In this document: positions 38,539 to 50,284 of the stretch, piece by piece
How positions within the stretch are numbered: the first letter of the stretch is position 1
How the letters are laid out: every line of letters begins with the position of its first letter
NCBI GenBank assembly: GCA_051277905.1
Contig: JBNMQI010000002.1
Location: 1-59,139 of the forward strand
Direction of reading: 5' to 3'
DNA from: Gammaproteobacteria bacterium
GTDB lineage: Bacteria > Pseudomonadota > Gammaproteobacteria > GCA-001735895
DNA: 59,139 nucleotides
Notes under the pieces: generated by a model
What the model saw: the letters and a program-made list of their open reading frames with translations, nothing else
Databases searched by the model: none
Told to the model about the DNA's origin: nothing
Position numbers and translations under genes: made by a program

Positions 38539-38705
38539 TTATTGAGTCTAAACAATCCTAGTTGGCTATCGTTTAAGTCACTATATGCCAAAACATAAGA
38601 ACTTCACTTAGGTCAGCTTTGGACTTTCCTTCAACTTTTAGGCCACCCATCGAATTATTTAGCAGGCTGAAATCATTTCTGTTATAAAACAGAAAGAGCA
38701 TTCGA

Positions 38706-38728
38706 ATCGACTGTTTCGATGTTTTTTT
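38706..38728 (+). terminator. Weak terminator-like hairpin plus T7 run downstream of tRNA-Arg
   Basis: atcga-ctgtt-tcgat followed by gTTTTTTT. The stem is only 5 bp, so confidence is low. Confidence 0.3.
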
Positions 38729-39114
38729 AGGCAACGACAAGTCCTAAAGCTGCCCCATTAGACTAATACACCTCTAAAACGCCAAGCTGCTTTGTATCTT
38801 GTCGACTATAATTATTTATCTAGTAGATCTCATGAAGGCTATATTGGTAATTTATCAGGTGAATTAACCATTTACGGGCTAGAAAACTTGCCTAGCGAGT
38901 TGAAGATTCATTCGGATGTTAAACACAGTCATGACTATGTTGTTGATCAGCGCAGCTTCCAATATTTTGTTATTCATAAGGAAAACAACCTTTCATTACC
39001 TTTACTTTCACTTGAATTAGTAGGATGCATCCTACACATAAATAGGAAAAGTACTACGACTTATTACCCCTCACATCAAGATTACTTATCAAGTTCAATT
39101 TAAATTACCCCATT

Positions 39115-40473
39115 CTAACTATAAATTTGACTAGCCCAGCGAGTTAAACCTGCCGTAACACTGCCAAAGTGATCACCGACAACAATAGGGGTCTGCTCAA
39201 ACTGTTGCTGCAAGAACCTATTAATTACAGGTGATTTTGCTGTGCCACCCGTAACAAAGACAACGTCAGGCTCGCAGTTGGCTTGTTTAATAGCCTCTTT
39301 CATTAAGCCAGCAATGGTCGTTAGTTCACGCTGGCAGGCGGATGAAAAGTCTATCTGCTGGAGCGTTATTGATAAATCGTCGTCAATATCAAATAAATCC
39401 GTTTGATGTTGGTCATTATCCGTTAGGGCAACTTTACTTTGCTCGGCAGCATTCACCACTCGGTAGCTGAGCTTTTGCTGCTGTATCGTCAACAATCGGG
39501 ATATAAACGCCGGCTGTTCAGCGTCACGAATGAGCTGCTTTATGACCCGGCCATTGGCACTGCTATAGAACTCGGTTTGGTCGTTAATATTGTTAATCGC
39601 CATTGCTTTCCAAAAGCTGTTGACTGGGATCGGCTTGCCCGTTTTAAAATGGCTATTTAAACCAAAGCTGGGCATAAACTTATTTAACGCTAACGCTATG
39701 TCGAAGTCATTGCCCCCAACACGCTCGCCACTGTGGCTAAGAAAATGTTGACCTCGATCAGTTTGAACAGCCTGTTTTGGTCCCATTAGTAGCATCGAGC
39801 AATCGGTTGTTCCACCGCCAATATCAACCACCAGAACTTTAGTCTCATGAGTTAAATTGGATTCATATTCAAAGCCTGCTGCTACCGGCTCGTATTGAAA
39901 CTCAACGTCTTTGAACCCGACCCGCTTTGCTGCTTTAGTTAATATTTCAATGGCTTGCTGATTACTTTGTTCGCTTCGCAAGCCCTGAAAGTTGATAGGT
40001 CGTCCAATCACTGCTTGAGAAATCGTTTTTCCGAGTGTTGCTTCGGCAAGGGTTTTTATATGGCTCATCATCGAAGCGACGATGTCTTCGAACAATTCAA
40101 TTTGAATAGGCACTAAACCACTAGCACCTAGAAACGATTTAGGAGATTTAATATAGTAGCCTTCTTCTGGCTCTTGTAAGTAGTCAGCTAAAGCCTGTTG
40201 TCCAAAAGACAGCTCAGTTGGGTACCCGTCTAACTCAAGCTCCCTTAACGTATTCTGTCCTCTTTCTAACTGGGGTTGCCGCTGAAGCTGAAATATTTTT
40301 TGCTCAGCCACAGTCAAGTGTTGATACAACCAATTGACAATAACATCTCGACTAGGGGCATAAAGCGTCGAAGCAACATACTGTCCATGATCGCCCAGAG
40401 ATATAATTTTCGGCAGGTTACTGTCCATTATGCCGACAGCGCAATTAGAGGTGCCGTAGTCAAAACCAATCAT
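39115..40473 (-). CDS. yegD: Hsp70-family protein YegD
   Basis: 'MIGFDYGTSNCAVG', 'KSPKSFLGASGL', 'AVIGRPINFQG', 'VLVVDIGGGTTDCSMLLMGP', 'FGSVTAGLTRWA'. It is colinear with E. coli YegD as I remember it. Confidence 0.85.
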   Translation of the reverse strand: MIGFDYGTSNCAVGIMDSNLPKIISLGDHGQYVASTLYAPSRDVIVNWLYQHLTVAEQKIFQLQRQPQLERGQNTLRELELDGYPTELSFGQQALADYLQEPEEGYYIKSPKSFLGASGLVPIQIELFEDIVASMMSHIKTLAEATLGKTISQAVIGRPINFQGLRSEQSNQQAIEILTKAAKRVGFKDVEFQYEPVAAGFEYESNLTHETKVLVVDIGGGTTDCSMLLMGPKQAVQTDRGQHFLSHSGERVGGNDFDIALALNKFMPSFGLNSHFKTGKPIPVNSFWKAMAINNINDQTEFYSSANGRVIKQLIRDAEQPAFISRLLTIQQQKLSYRVVNAAEQSKVALTDNDQHQTDLFDIDDDLSITLQQIDFSSACQRELTTIAGLMKEAIKQANCEPDVVFVTGGTAKSPVINRFLQQQFEQTPIVVGDHFGSVTAGLTRWASQIYS

Positions 40474-40596
40474 ATAAAAACCTTAATAAAAAAGGGGACG
40501 CCATTAATTGAGACATTTTGCGTCAGGCAAGCACTACGCCAGCATTTAAAAAGCCTGAAAGGCTATTATTCACTCGTCACAATTAATACTCACCCA

Positions 40597-40627
40597 TAAA
40601 AAAAGCCCCGCACTAGACGGGGCTTTT
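40597..40627 (-). terminator. Rho-independent terminator downstream of groEL
   Basis: Stem gccccg/cggggc with a 7-nt loop. On the minus strand it is followed by TTTTTTTAT. It lies ~50 nt past the groEL stop. Confidence 0.8.
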
Positions 40628-40674
40628 AAATACTACAGTTCAGACGTATCTGAATAGATATCCAGAACGGATGA

Positions 40675-42339
<1,665 letters not shown>

Positions 42340-42359
42340 TTAACCTTGTAGTGTATAAA

Positions 42360-42647
42360 TTATTCAACAACCGCGATGATGTCATCTTCGCGCATGATTA
42401 GCAGTTCTTCGCCGTCTACTTTAAGTTCGGTGCCGGAATATTTTCCGAAATAAACAACATCACCAACTTTAACGTCTAAAGCGCGAACTTCACCAGATTC
42501 AGTAATCTTGCCATTACCAACAGCAATTACTTCACCAGTACTTGGCTTTTCTGTTGCTGAATCAGGAATTACGATTCCACCAGCTGTAGTACGTTCTTCT
42601 TCCTTACGTCTGACAACCAGACGATCATGCAAGGGACGAATATTCAT
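42360..42647 (-). CDS. groS: Co-chaperonin GroES
   Basis: '[14 protein letters not shown]...[11 protein letters not shown]', 95 aa. Confidence 0.97.
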   Translation of the reverse strand: MNIRPLHDRLVVRRKEEERTTAGGIVIPDSATEKPSTGEVIAVGNGKITESGEVRALDVKVGDVVYFGKYSGTELKVDGEELLIMREDDIIAVVE

Positions 42648-42725
42648 TTTGCTATTCTCCTAAATTGTTTATGGTTTAAAATACCCTTCTAGCCAATGAG
42701 CTAGCCGGTTAGAATTTCCTGCGAG

Positions 42726-42752
42726 TTAGCACTCTCAACAAACGAGTGCTAA
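42726..42752 (-). promoter_or_regulatory. CIRCE operator (HrcA binding site), perfect consensus
   Basis: TTAGCACTC-tcaacaaac-GAGTGCTAA, a 9-bp perfect inverted repeat with a 9-nt spacer. It lies between the sigma32-type promoter and the groES start. Confidence 0.85.
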
Positions 42753-42782
42753 TGATAATCGCTAGTCTTTCATAGTCAAGCG

Positions 42783-42811
42783 ATATGGGGGATAAAATAG
42801 CGAGTTTCAAG
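42783..42811 (-). promoter_or_regulatory. Sigma32 (RpoH)-type heat-shock promoter of groESL
   Basis: The minus strand reads CTTGAAA-(14 nt)-CCCCATAT. This matches the CTTGAAA / CCCCATNT consensus and its spacing. Confidence 0.7.
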
Positions 42812-42957
42812 TAACTAGTTAAAAAAATATTTAAAGTTTATTTGAAGCGAAGAAAATAACGTGCAGCTCAAAACTAAAGGGACAAGAGCAAACAAATAGT
42901 AACCATAAAGAACAGCAGTCGGTTGTCGTAAAAACTTACCCTAAATTCAACAGACGG

Positions 42958-43434
42958 CTAATCCTCACGAGTATAATTAACACCGTCTATAACATTTTTG
43001 TCTTTGTTGGTCTTTTGTGATTCTGAATCAATTGGTGCGTTTAAATCTGAGTTGAATGGCGTTTGAACAAATCGCCCTGAGGACATAAATGATGAGACAA
43101 GTTTACTCACCAGCCAAGCTCTTGTGGGTGGCAATAACAATAAGAAACCAACGGTATCTGTAAAAAATCCGGGTGTTAGCAAAAATGCGCCCGCTACGAC
43201 CAACCCCATTCCTTCGAGCATTTCTTGAGCGGGCATCTGCCCTGTTTGCATTTTTTCCTGCGCCCTCGTTAATGTCGACACGCCTTGGATTTTTAACAAC
43301 CTAACACCGATAACAGCGGTTAGCACCACCAGTAGAATTGTCCATGGCGCGCCAATCATGCCACCGACCTGAATAAGCAGAAATATTTCTACGATAGGAA
43401 TCAGTAAAAAAAGTGCTGTGATAACTGGAAACAT
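42958..43434 (-). CDS. fxsA: FxsA-family inner-membrane protein
   Basis: 'FLLIPIVEIFLLIQVGGMIG...TILLVVLTAVIG' and 'LLTPGFFTDTVGFLLLLPPTR'. Confidence 0.85.
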   Translation of the reverse strand: MFPVITALFLLIPIVEIFLLIQVGGMIGAPWTILLVVLTAVIGVRLLKIQGVSTLTRAQEKMQTGQMPAQEMLEGMGLVVAGAFLLTPGFFTDTVGFLLLLPPTRAWLVSKLVSSFMSSGRFVQTPFNSDLNAPIDSESQKTNKDKNVIDGVNYTRED

Positions 43435-43816
43435 AAAATTCTCGTAACGAAACTAAAGACCCACAACACTTAGATTAAAGATCATCAATAGAAAATGGGC
43501 GAACCAATGCAAATCACTATGCATATTGGATGTACATCACTTAATATACACTCAATATATCGATTAATAGTGTGTTAATAAAGCTCATATATGATTGTTT
43601 TTCAACCCTTTCAAGGGTTTATTAAAATTAACGGCATTAGCTAAAAGCATCAATATTTATAAAATTGAAAATAAATCTAAACATTTTGGCTTTAGTTCAC
43701 TCTATAGTTACCTGTGGTCAGGGATTGCGTGATCGAGCATTGTTGACTCAATTAGACTTTGAGCCAACTTATCTCACTTAATACGCTCCAACTTAAACCA
43801 AAACATAGCGAATAAA

Positions 43817-46297
43817 ATGATTATTTTAAAGATCTTCATAAAAAGACCACTAATAGTCTGTTTGTTGTTCCTGTTGATCGCTATGCCTTTTATCGCGTCA
43901 GCTTTACAAAACGATGAACTGCTGAAGCCTGAACAAGCCTTCCAGTTAACGGCCAAGATAGAAGGTAATAGCCTTATTGCCGAGTATGACATTGCGACTG
44001 GATACTATATGTATCGTAAGAGTTTCAAGTTCGATATTGAAACCAAGGGCGCTAGCTTTGCTAACCCAGTCATACCTGAGGGCAAAGTTAAACGAGACGA
44101 ATTTTTTGGTGAAGTCGAAACCTATCGCGATAGCCTTAGAATCGAACTACCGTTTCTTATCGACGGCCTCATTGACGGCCTCATTAGCGATTCATCACTT
44201 ATTACACTCAGAGTAAAGGCGACGGGGCAGGGTTGCGCAGATATTGGCATTTGTTATCCACCGCTTGATCAACTCTTGATTGTTTCAATTGGCTCTAACC
44301 AAACCATTAGAGCGATGCCTTATACGGCAACATCTGTTAATGCCCAAACCAGTCAGCTTAATACAGCCGAAAACCCTTCAGCATTGCAAAACTTGCTTTC
44401 AAGTAAAAACCCTCAAGCATTGCAACAAACTAATACTTTTTCTTCAGTTTTAACATCGAATACAAACGCTGCCTCAGAACTCCAATCATTGGATGGACTC
44501 ATTGGTTTAGATAATGAGGATGAAATCCCACATTTTGACCGCGCCTTCATGCTAACTGCAGAGTTAGCCTCGAATGATCGAATCGATACCCAAATCACTA
44601 TAATACCAACGGGTTACCTTTATAAAGACACTGTTAATATTGAGTTGGTCGATGGCAATGGTCATTCCATTAGTCCATTAACCAAACCCGCTGGTGATGA
44701 AAAAAATGATGAATTCTTCGGTTTGACCGAGGTTTATCATGATAGCTTAAAACTGTCCATTCCAATATCTTCCTCAGCCAATGCCTCTGTGAGTTATACG
44801 CTGGCTTATAGCTATCAGGGTTGCATTGAAGATCGCATTTGTTATCCACCTATTACCAAATACCTCAAGGTTAATGGCAATAGGGTTAGTATTTCAGATC
44901 AACCACCCGAGGCATTGCAGTCCAATGTCAACCCTTCGCCTATGCCGGTGGCATCTCAGTCGGAGCAAGACCAATACGCACAGTTATTGCTGCAAGATAA
45001 AAGTCTTTTTCTGGTTATCTGGCTATTCTTTTTGGCAGGTTTAGCGCTAACTTTTACACCCTGTGTGTTTCCGATGATTCCTATTTTATCGAGCATAATT
45101 GCTGGTCAAGGTGACAAGGTCAGTACCCGCAGCGCCTTTACGTTATCACTGATTTATGTTCTCTCTATGGCAGTTACCTATGCTTTTATTGGCGCCATTG
45201 TTGGCTATTACGGTGCTGAATACAATATCCAAATTTGGTTTCAGGACCCTATTATCCTTAGTATCTTTGCTGCCATATTTGTACTGCTGGCACTATCCAT
45301 GTTTGGCTTTTACGACCTTCAAATGCCCAGTGCAATTCAGAACCGCCTCACTTCGTTCAGTCGTAATCAATCGGGCGGTTCATTCGTCAGTGTTGGGTTG
45401 ATGGGCTTTTTCTCAGCTATTATTGTTGGCCCCTGTATTACCGCACCGCTGGTCGGTGCATTATTATTTATATCCCAAACACAGGATTGGCAGTTGGGCG
45501 GACTTGCTCTGTTTGCATTAGGTATTGGTATGGGTACCCCTTTGTTGTTGATTGGCACATCAGCGGGTAAGTTCTTGCCTCGTGTCGGTAGTTGGATGGA
45601 TACTGTCAAATCAGTGTTTGGTGTTGTGATGCTGGCCATGGCGATTTGGTTACTCGAGAGAATCCTGCCTACTTCAGCCACTATGGCGCTCATTGCCATG
45701 CTGACCATCACCTCTGCTATCTATATGGGCGCGCTGGAAAAGCTACCGCAGTCAACCAGCGGCTGGCGCAAATTATGTAAAGCCCTTGGGATTATTCTAC
45801 TGCTTTACGGTGCAGCTCATCTAATCGGTGCGGTGTCTGGTAGCAAAGACTTGGTACAACCGTTAAAGGGCATTGCCAGCGGCATGATATCAGGTGAATT
45901 ATCAAACCAAACCAATGACAGTCAAGTGGGGCATATCAATTTTAAACTCATTAAGGGTTCTGAAGGCTTAAAAAATGCCTTAAGAGAATCTGTAGCTGAA
46001 AACAAAACGACCATGCTCGACTTTTATGCTGACTGGTGTGTCTCTTGCAAAGTAATGGAGAGGGATGTCTTTACAGACCCCGATGTTTTGGCGTCATTGG
46101 ATCGAGTGATTACACTTCAAGCGGATGTAACGGCCAACGATTCGATTGACTCGGCCCTTATGAATTCACTCGGCATCTATGGTCCACCAGCCATACTGTT
46201 TTTTGACCATAATGGTCTTGAAATAAGAAACCGCCGAGTCGTAGGTGAAATGTCAGGTGAAGACTTTGCCGCTCATGTCGAGTCAACTTTTGATTAA
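43817..46297 (+). CDS. dsbD: Thiol:disulfide interchange protein DsbD with tandem N-terminal (nDsbD-like) domains
   Basis: Signal peptide; two nDsbD-like modules each ending in a Cys pair ('GQGCADIGICYPP', 'YQGCIEDRICYPP'); TM core with 'TPCVFPM' and 'GPCITAP'; C-terminal thioredoxin 'WCVSCK'. 826 aa, against ~565 aa for E. coli DsbD from memory. Confidence 0.9.
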   Translation: MIILKIFIKRPLIVCLLFLLIAMPFIASALQNDELLKPEQAFQLTAKIEGNSLIAEYDIATGYYMYRKSFKFDIETKGASFANPVIPEGKVKRDEFFGEVETYRDSLRIELPFLIDGLIDGLISDSSLITLRVKATGQGCADIGICYPPLDQLLIVSIGSNQTIRAMPYTATSVNAQTSQLNTAENPSALQNLLSSKNPQALQQTNTFSSVLTSNTNAASELQSLDGLIGLDNEDEIPHFDRAFMLTAELASNDRIDTQITIIPTGYLYKDTVNIELVDGNGHSISPLTKPAGDEKNDEFFGLTEVYHDSLKLSIPISSSANASVSYTLAYSYQGCIEDRICYPPITKYLKVNGNRVSISDQPPEALQSNVNPSPMPVASQSEQDQYAQLLLQDKSLFLVIWLFFLAGLALTFTPCVFPMIPILSSIIAGQGDKVSTRSAFTLSLIYVLSMAVTYAFIGAIVGYYGAEYNIQIWFQDPIILSIFAAIFVLLALSMFGFYDLQMPSAIQNRLTSFSRNQSGGSFVSVGLMGFFSAIIVGPCITAPLVGALLFISQTQDWQLGGLALFALGIGMGTPLLLIGTSAGKFLPRVGSWMDTVKSVFGVVMLAMAIWLLERILPTSATMALIAMLTITSAIYMGALEKLPQSTSGWRKLCKALGIILLLYGAAHLIGAVSGSKDLVQPLKGIASGMISGELSNQTNDSQVGHINFKLIKGSEGLKNALRESVAENKTTMLDFYADWCVSCKVMERDVFTDPDVLASLDRVITLQADVTANDSIDSALMNSLGIYGPPAILFFDHNGLEIRNRRVVGEMSGEDFAAHVESTFD

Positions 46298-46344
46298 TAA
46301 AATCTCTTCACAACTAAACTCCCAATATTACATGAATATTATAA

Positions 46345-46905
46345 ATGAATAAGAATACAGTGATTCTCTTTGTGGTCAGCCTTGCGTCTCTATTAGCCGG
46401 TGTTAGTTTGTTTAACTTATACTCAGACCCACAAATTGCAGTTAACGAACCACAATCAATGTCTGAAAATAAACCCGCTAAAGTGTCACTTACTGCGATC
46501 CCATTAACTGATTTAGATGGCAATCAAAAACTCCTCGGAAACTGGCAGCAACCTGTTTTAGTTGTCAACTTCTGGGCACCCTGGTGCGCGCCCTGCCGTG
46601 AGGAAATTCCAGCATTGATTGCTTTTCAGAATGAATTTGAGGGCCAAGTTCAAGTGATTGGTCTAGCGCTTGATAGCGAAGAGAATGTTCGTAGCTTTGA
46701 ATTGGAATATGGCATGAACTACCCCTCTTTCTTGGCAGGTAACAAAATACCGATGTATAACGCAGCCTTCACTAACAAAAGTGGCAGTTTGCCATTTACT
46801 GTCATTATAAATCAGAAAAGAGAAATCCATTACTCGCACACTGGCAAAATAACTTTAGATCAGTTACGGGGAGAACTAATATCATTATTAAAAACAGACA
46901 ATTGA
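46345..46905 (+). CDS. TlpA/ResA-like membrane-anchored thioredoxin-fold thiol:disulfide oxidoreductase
   Basis: N-terminal anchor and the 'FWAPWCAPC' active site. Confidence 0.8.
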   Translation: MNKNTVILFVVSLASLLAGVSLFNLYSDPQIAVNEPQSMSENKPAKVSLTAIPLTDLDGNQKLLGNWQQPVLVVNFWAPWCAPCREEIPALIAFQNEFEGQVQVIGLALDSEENVRSFELEYGMNYPSFLAGNKIPMYNAAFTNKSGSLPFTVIINQKREIHYSHTGKITLDQLRGELISLLKTDN

Positions 46906-47061
46906 ATCAGGTCACTGAAATAAACTCAGCTAACCCGAACATTGTCGACAACTTCGCTAAATAGGTAAATAACACACTATAACTGGACTCTATATACCGC
47001 CTATGTGAAAATCTCTCCATCTTAACAAACACAAACGTTTCGACGTATATAAACCTATAAG

Positions 47062-47523
47062 ATGTTAAAAATATTGGTCATACATGGCCCAAATCTAAAT
47101 ATGCTTGGAACCCGAGAACCTGAAACTTATGGTTCCGACACCCTTAACAGTATTAACCAGACATTGGCAACGATAGCCGAAAAAAACGATGTCCAGTTAG
47201 AGTCATTTCAATCTAACGTAGAAGGTGAAATTGTCAGTTGCATTCAACAGGCAGTCACCAATCAATTTGAATTTATCATCATTAACCCTGCCGCTTACAC
47301 GCACACTAGTATTGCTATTCGAGATGCTTTCTTAGCGACTCGCATTCCATTCATTGAAACACACCTATCTAATGTTCATGCCCGTGAAGAATTTAGAGCT
47401 CACTCTTATCTGTCTGATATTGCGCTTGGTGTGATTTGTGGGTTCGGTAAAAATAGTTATGTATTAGCATTAGAAGCGGCAATCATTCATTGCGGTCCGT
47501 CTAATATCCAAATAAATCAATAA
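47062..47523 (+). CDS. aroQ: Type II 3-dehydroquinate dehydratase
   Basis: '[21 protein letters not shown]' and '[17 protein letters not shown]'. Confidence 0.95.
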   Translation: MLKILVIHGPNLNMLGTREPETYGSDTLNSINQTLATIAEKNDVQLESFQSNVEGEIVSCIQQAVTNQFEFIIINPAAYTHTSIAIRDAFLATRIPFIETHLSNVHAREEFRAHSYLSDIALGVICGFGKNSYVLALEAAIIHCGPSNIQINQ

Positions 47524-47561
47524 GATAGATCAATAAAAGAAAATAATTAGGAAAACCAATA

Positions 47562-47993
47562 ATGGATATTCGTAAAGTTAAAAAATTAATCGAACTGCTT
47601 GAAGAATCTGGAATTGCAGAACTCGAAATAAAAGAAGGTGAAGAATCAGTGCGCATTAGCCGCTACTCTGCTGCCGCGCCCATAATGCAGGCGGCCGCAG
47701 CAGCACCCGTCGCAGCGGTGGCACCAGCTGTATTGGCTGCAGCCCCAGCAGATATGAGTGGACAACAGATCAAGTCGCCAATGGTGGGTACTTTTTATTC
47801 ATCTGCATCACCGACTTCTGGCCCCTTTGTGAAGGAAGGTCAAAAAGTTAAAGTGGGAGATACTCTTTGTATTATCGAAGCAATGAAAATGATGAACCAA
47901 ATTGAAGCTGATAAGGCAGGTACTATTCGTTCAATTGTGGTTGAAAACGGCAGCCCCATTGAGTTTGATCAAGTTCTGTTCATCATCGAGTAA
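47562..47993 (+). CDS. accB: Acetyl-CoA carboxylase biotin carboxyl carrier protein
   Basis: Ala/Pro linker and the biotinylation motif 'IEAMKMMN'. Confidence 0.95.
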   Translation: MDIRKVKKLIELLEESGIAELEIKEGEESVRISRYSAAAPIMQAAAAAPVAAVAPAVLAAAPADMSGQQIKSPMVGTFYSSASPTSGPFVKEGQKVKVGDTLCIIEAMKMMNQIEADKAGTIRSIVVENGSPIEFDQVLFIIE

Positions 47994-48001
47994 CAGTTAA
48001 C

Positions 48002-49345
48002 ATGCTAGAAAAAATCGTCATTGCCAATCGAGGTGAAATTGCACTTCGAATTCTACGCGCCTGCCGGGAAATGGGTATTAAGACAGTTGCTGTCCATTCC
48101 ACTGCTGATCGCGACCTCAAACATGTTCGGCTTGCCGATGAGTCGGTTTGCATCGGCCCGCCGTCATCCCTACAAAGTTACCTTAATATTCCTGCTATAA
48201 TCTGTGCCGCCGAGTTAACCAACGCATCTGCAATTCATCCTGGTTATGGCTTTTTGTCAGAAAACGCCGAGTTTGCAGAACAGGTTGAGTCAAGTGGGTT
48301 CAAATTTATTGGTCCCAGCTCAGCATCAATTCGTGTTATGGGTGATAAGGTTGCTGCAATTAAAGCAATGAAGGCAGCCGGTGTTCCCACTGTCCCAGGT
48401 TCAGATGGACCACTCACTGAAGATACCGTGGTGAGTCTCGCGCATGGCCGTCGGATTGGTTATCCAGTTATAATTAAGGCTGCTGGCGGTGGTGGTGGTC
48501 GAGGCATGCGCGTTGTGCATGAAGAAGAAAATCTCCTCAGCTCGATTCAATTAACCAAGTCAGAGGCTGGCGCCGCATTTAATAACGACGTCGTTTACAT
48601 GGAAAAGTTCTTAGGCTCTCCAAGACATGTTGAAATTCAAGTCATGGCAGATTCCCACGGCAATGCGATTCATCTGGGTGAGCGTGATTGTTCAATGCAA
48701 CGTAAACACCAAAAAGTAGTGGAAGAAGCACCCGCACCTGGCATCACACCAGAACAACGTAAAAGAATTGGTGAGCGCTGTGCTAAAGCTTGTGTCCAGA
48801 TGGGCTATGAAGGCGCTGGTACTTTCGAGTTTCTATATGAGAATGACGAATTTTATTTTATTGAGATGAATACCCGTGTGCAGGTTGAGCATTGCGTGAC
48901 TGAAATGATTACGGGTGTTGACATTATCAAGGAACAGATTCTGGTCGCCTCAGGTAATCCATTGCGTTACACCCAGGACGACATTCAAATTAAAGGGCAT
49001 GCGATCGAATGTCGAATCAATGCTGAAGACTCCAAAACATTTATGCCTTCACCTGGTAAGATTACCTTATACCATGCTCCTGGTGGTGCTGGCGTCCGCA
49101 TGGATTCGCATATTTATAATGGGTACACCGTACCGCCCTATTACGATTCAATGATTGGCAAGCTTATTACTTGGGGCAATACGCGTGAATCGGCCATTGC
49201 TCGCATGAATGGGGCGCTTTCAGAAATTGTAATCGAAGGGATCAAGACCAACATTGATCTGCAAAAAGACATTTTGAACGATGAAAACTTTGGCGTAGGT
49301 GGTACCAACATTCATTATCTCGAAAAGAAATTAGGTTTAAATTAA
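48002..49345 (+). CDS. accC: Acetyl-CoA carboxylase biotin carboxylase subunit
   Basis: '[18 protein letters not shown]', ATP-grasp '[16 protein letters not shown]', '[10 protein letters not shown]'. Confidence 0.97.
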   Translation: MLEKIVIANRGEIALRILRACREMGIKTVAVHSTADRDLKHVRLADESVCIGPPSSLQSYLNIPAIICAAELTNASAIHPGYGFLSENAEFAEQVESSGFKFIGPSSASIRVMGDKVAAIKAMKAAGVPTVPGSDGPLTEDTVVSLAHGRRIGYPVIIKAAGGGGGRGMRVVHEEENLLSSIQLTKSEAGAAFNNDVVYMEKFLGSPRHVEIQVMADSHGNAIHLGERDCSMQRKHQKVVEEAPAPGITPEQRKRIGERCAKACVQMGYEGAGTFEFLYENDEFYFIEMNTRVQVEHCVTEMITGVDIIKEQILVASGNPLRYTQDDIQIKGHAIECRINAEDSKTFMPSPGKITLYHAPGGAGVRMDSHIYNGYTVPPYYDSMIGKLITWGNTRESAIARMNGALSEIVIEGIKTNIDLQKDILNDENFGVGGTNIHYLEKKLGLN

Positions 49346-49359
49346 GTAGGACTTTCGAC

Positions 49360-50262
49360 ATGGCTTGGTGGCAACTCAGTGTTCAATCTAGCGCAGCCGA
49401 GCTTGAGCAGACAGAAGATAGTTTGCTCGAGCTCGGTGCTGTTGCAATTACCCTCAGTGATGCAAAAGACGAGCCGCTATACGAGCCACTACCCGGTGAC
49501 ACTCCCATTTGGCAGCATTCAATAGTTACCGGATTATTTACCCAAGAGCGGTCACTCGAAGCGCTTTATGACGGATTAATTCAACGCTTGCCAGAACATC
49601 AAATTCATACCGTTAAAAAGACCGTCGTCGATGACCAGGATTGGAGCCGAGTCCATTTAAAGTATTTCAAACCCATTCAGTGTGCCGAAAAACTTTGGGT
49701 AGTACCCAGTTGGCATGAAGCACCTGATCCTTCAGCTGTTAATATTCAATTAGATCCGGGCCTAGCTTTTGGTACGGGTGGGCATGCAACCACAGCACTT
49801 TGCTTAAGCTGGCTGGGTGAACATGACATTCAAAATCAATCAGTTATTGATTATGGATGCGGTTCTGGAATACTGGCTATTGCGGCCTTCAAATTAGGTG
49901 CTAGTGAATTAAAGTCGGTCGATATCGATCCACAGGCACTTGTTGCAAGCAAGGAAAATGCAAGACGTAATAATATTGACCCTGCCCTACTGAATATTAC
50001 TTTACCAGAAGACTTTAAATCAGAGCCTGTTGACTTATTAATTGCTAATATTTTGTCTGGCCCTCTGGTTAGATTTGCACCTAAGTTCTCTGGACTAGTT
50101 AAGCCGGGTGGTCAAATTCTCTTGTCCGGTATTTTGCAAACGCAGACCAATGATATAGAAAAGGCCTATCTACCCTATTTTGATCTCGATCCAATCTGTA
50201 TAAAAGAAGATTGGATTAGAGTATCTGGTACTAGGAGATCGACCACAGAGAATAATGTTTAA
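49360..50262 (+). CDS. prmA: Ribosomal protein L11 methyltransferase
   Basis: 'LDPGLAFGTGGHATT' and 'VIDYGCGSGILAIAA'. Confidence 0.93.
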   Translation: MAWWQLSVQSSAAELEQTEDSLLELGAVAITLSDAKDEPLYEPLPGDTPIWQHSIVTGLFTQERSLEALYDGLIQRLPEHQIHTVKKTVVDDQDWSRVHLKYFKPIQCAEKLWVVPSWHEAPDPSAVNIQLDPGLAFGTGGHATTALCLSWLGEHDIQNQSVIDYGCGSGILAIAAFKLGASELKSVDIDPQALVASKENARRNNIDPALLNITLPEDFKSEPVDLLIANILSGPLVRFAPKFSGLVKPGGQILLSGILQTQTNDIEKAYLPYFDLDPICIKEDWIRVSGTRRSTTENNV

Positions 50263-50284
50263 GCGCTCTCAGCTTGGCGACATT

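Noticed and set aside
38636-38648. 13-nt exact match (tttaggccaccca) between the tRNA flank and 58332-58344
   Set aside because: In a 59-kb window, dozens of 13-mer coincidences are expected by chance. The flanking sequence shows no extended similarity.
38701-38708. 'ttcgaatc' repeat of the tRNA-Arg T-loop region as a possible att site
   Set aside because: Only 8 nt match, well within chance, and no integrase or other island content is present.
38792-39103. 103-aa ORF downstream of tRNA-Arg
   Set aside because: It starts at TTG, contains no in-frame ATG at all, has no obvious RBS, and sits in an AT-rich flank. I treat it as probably non-coding. The region itself is reported as a finding.
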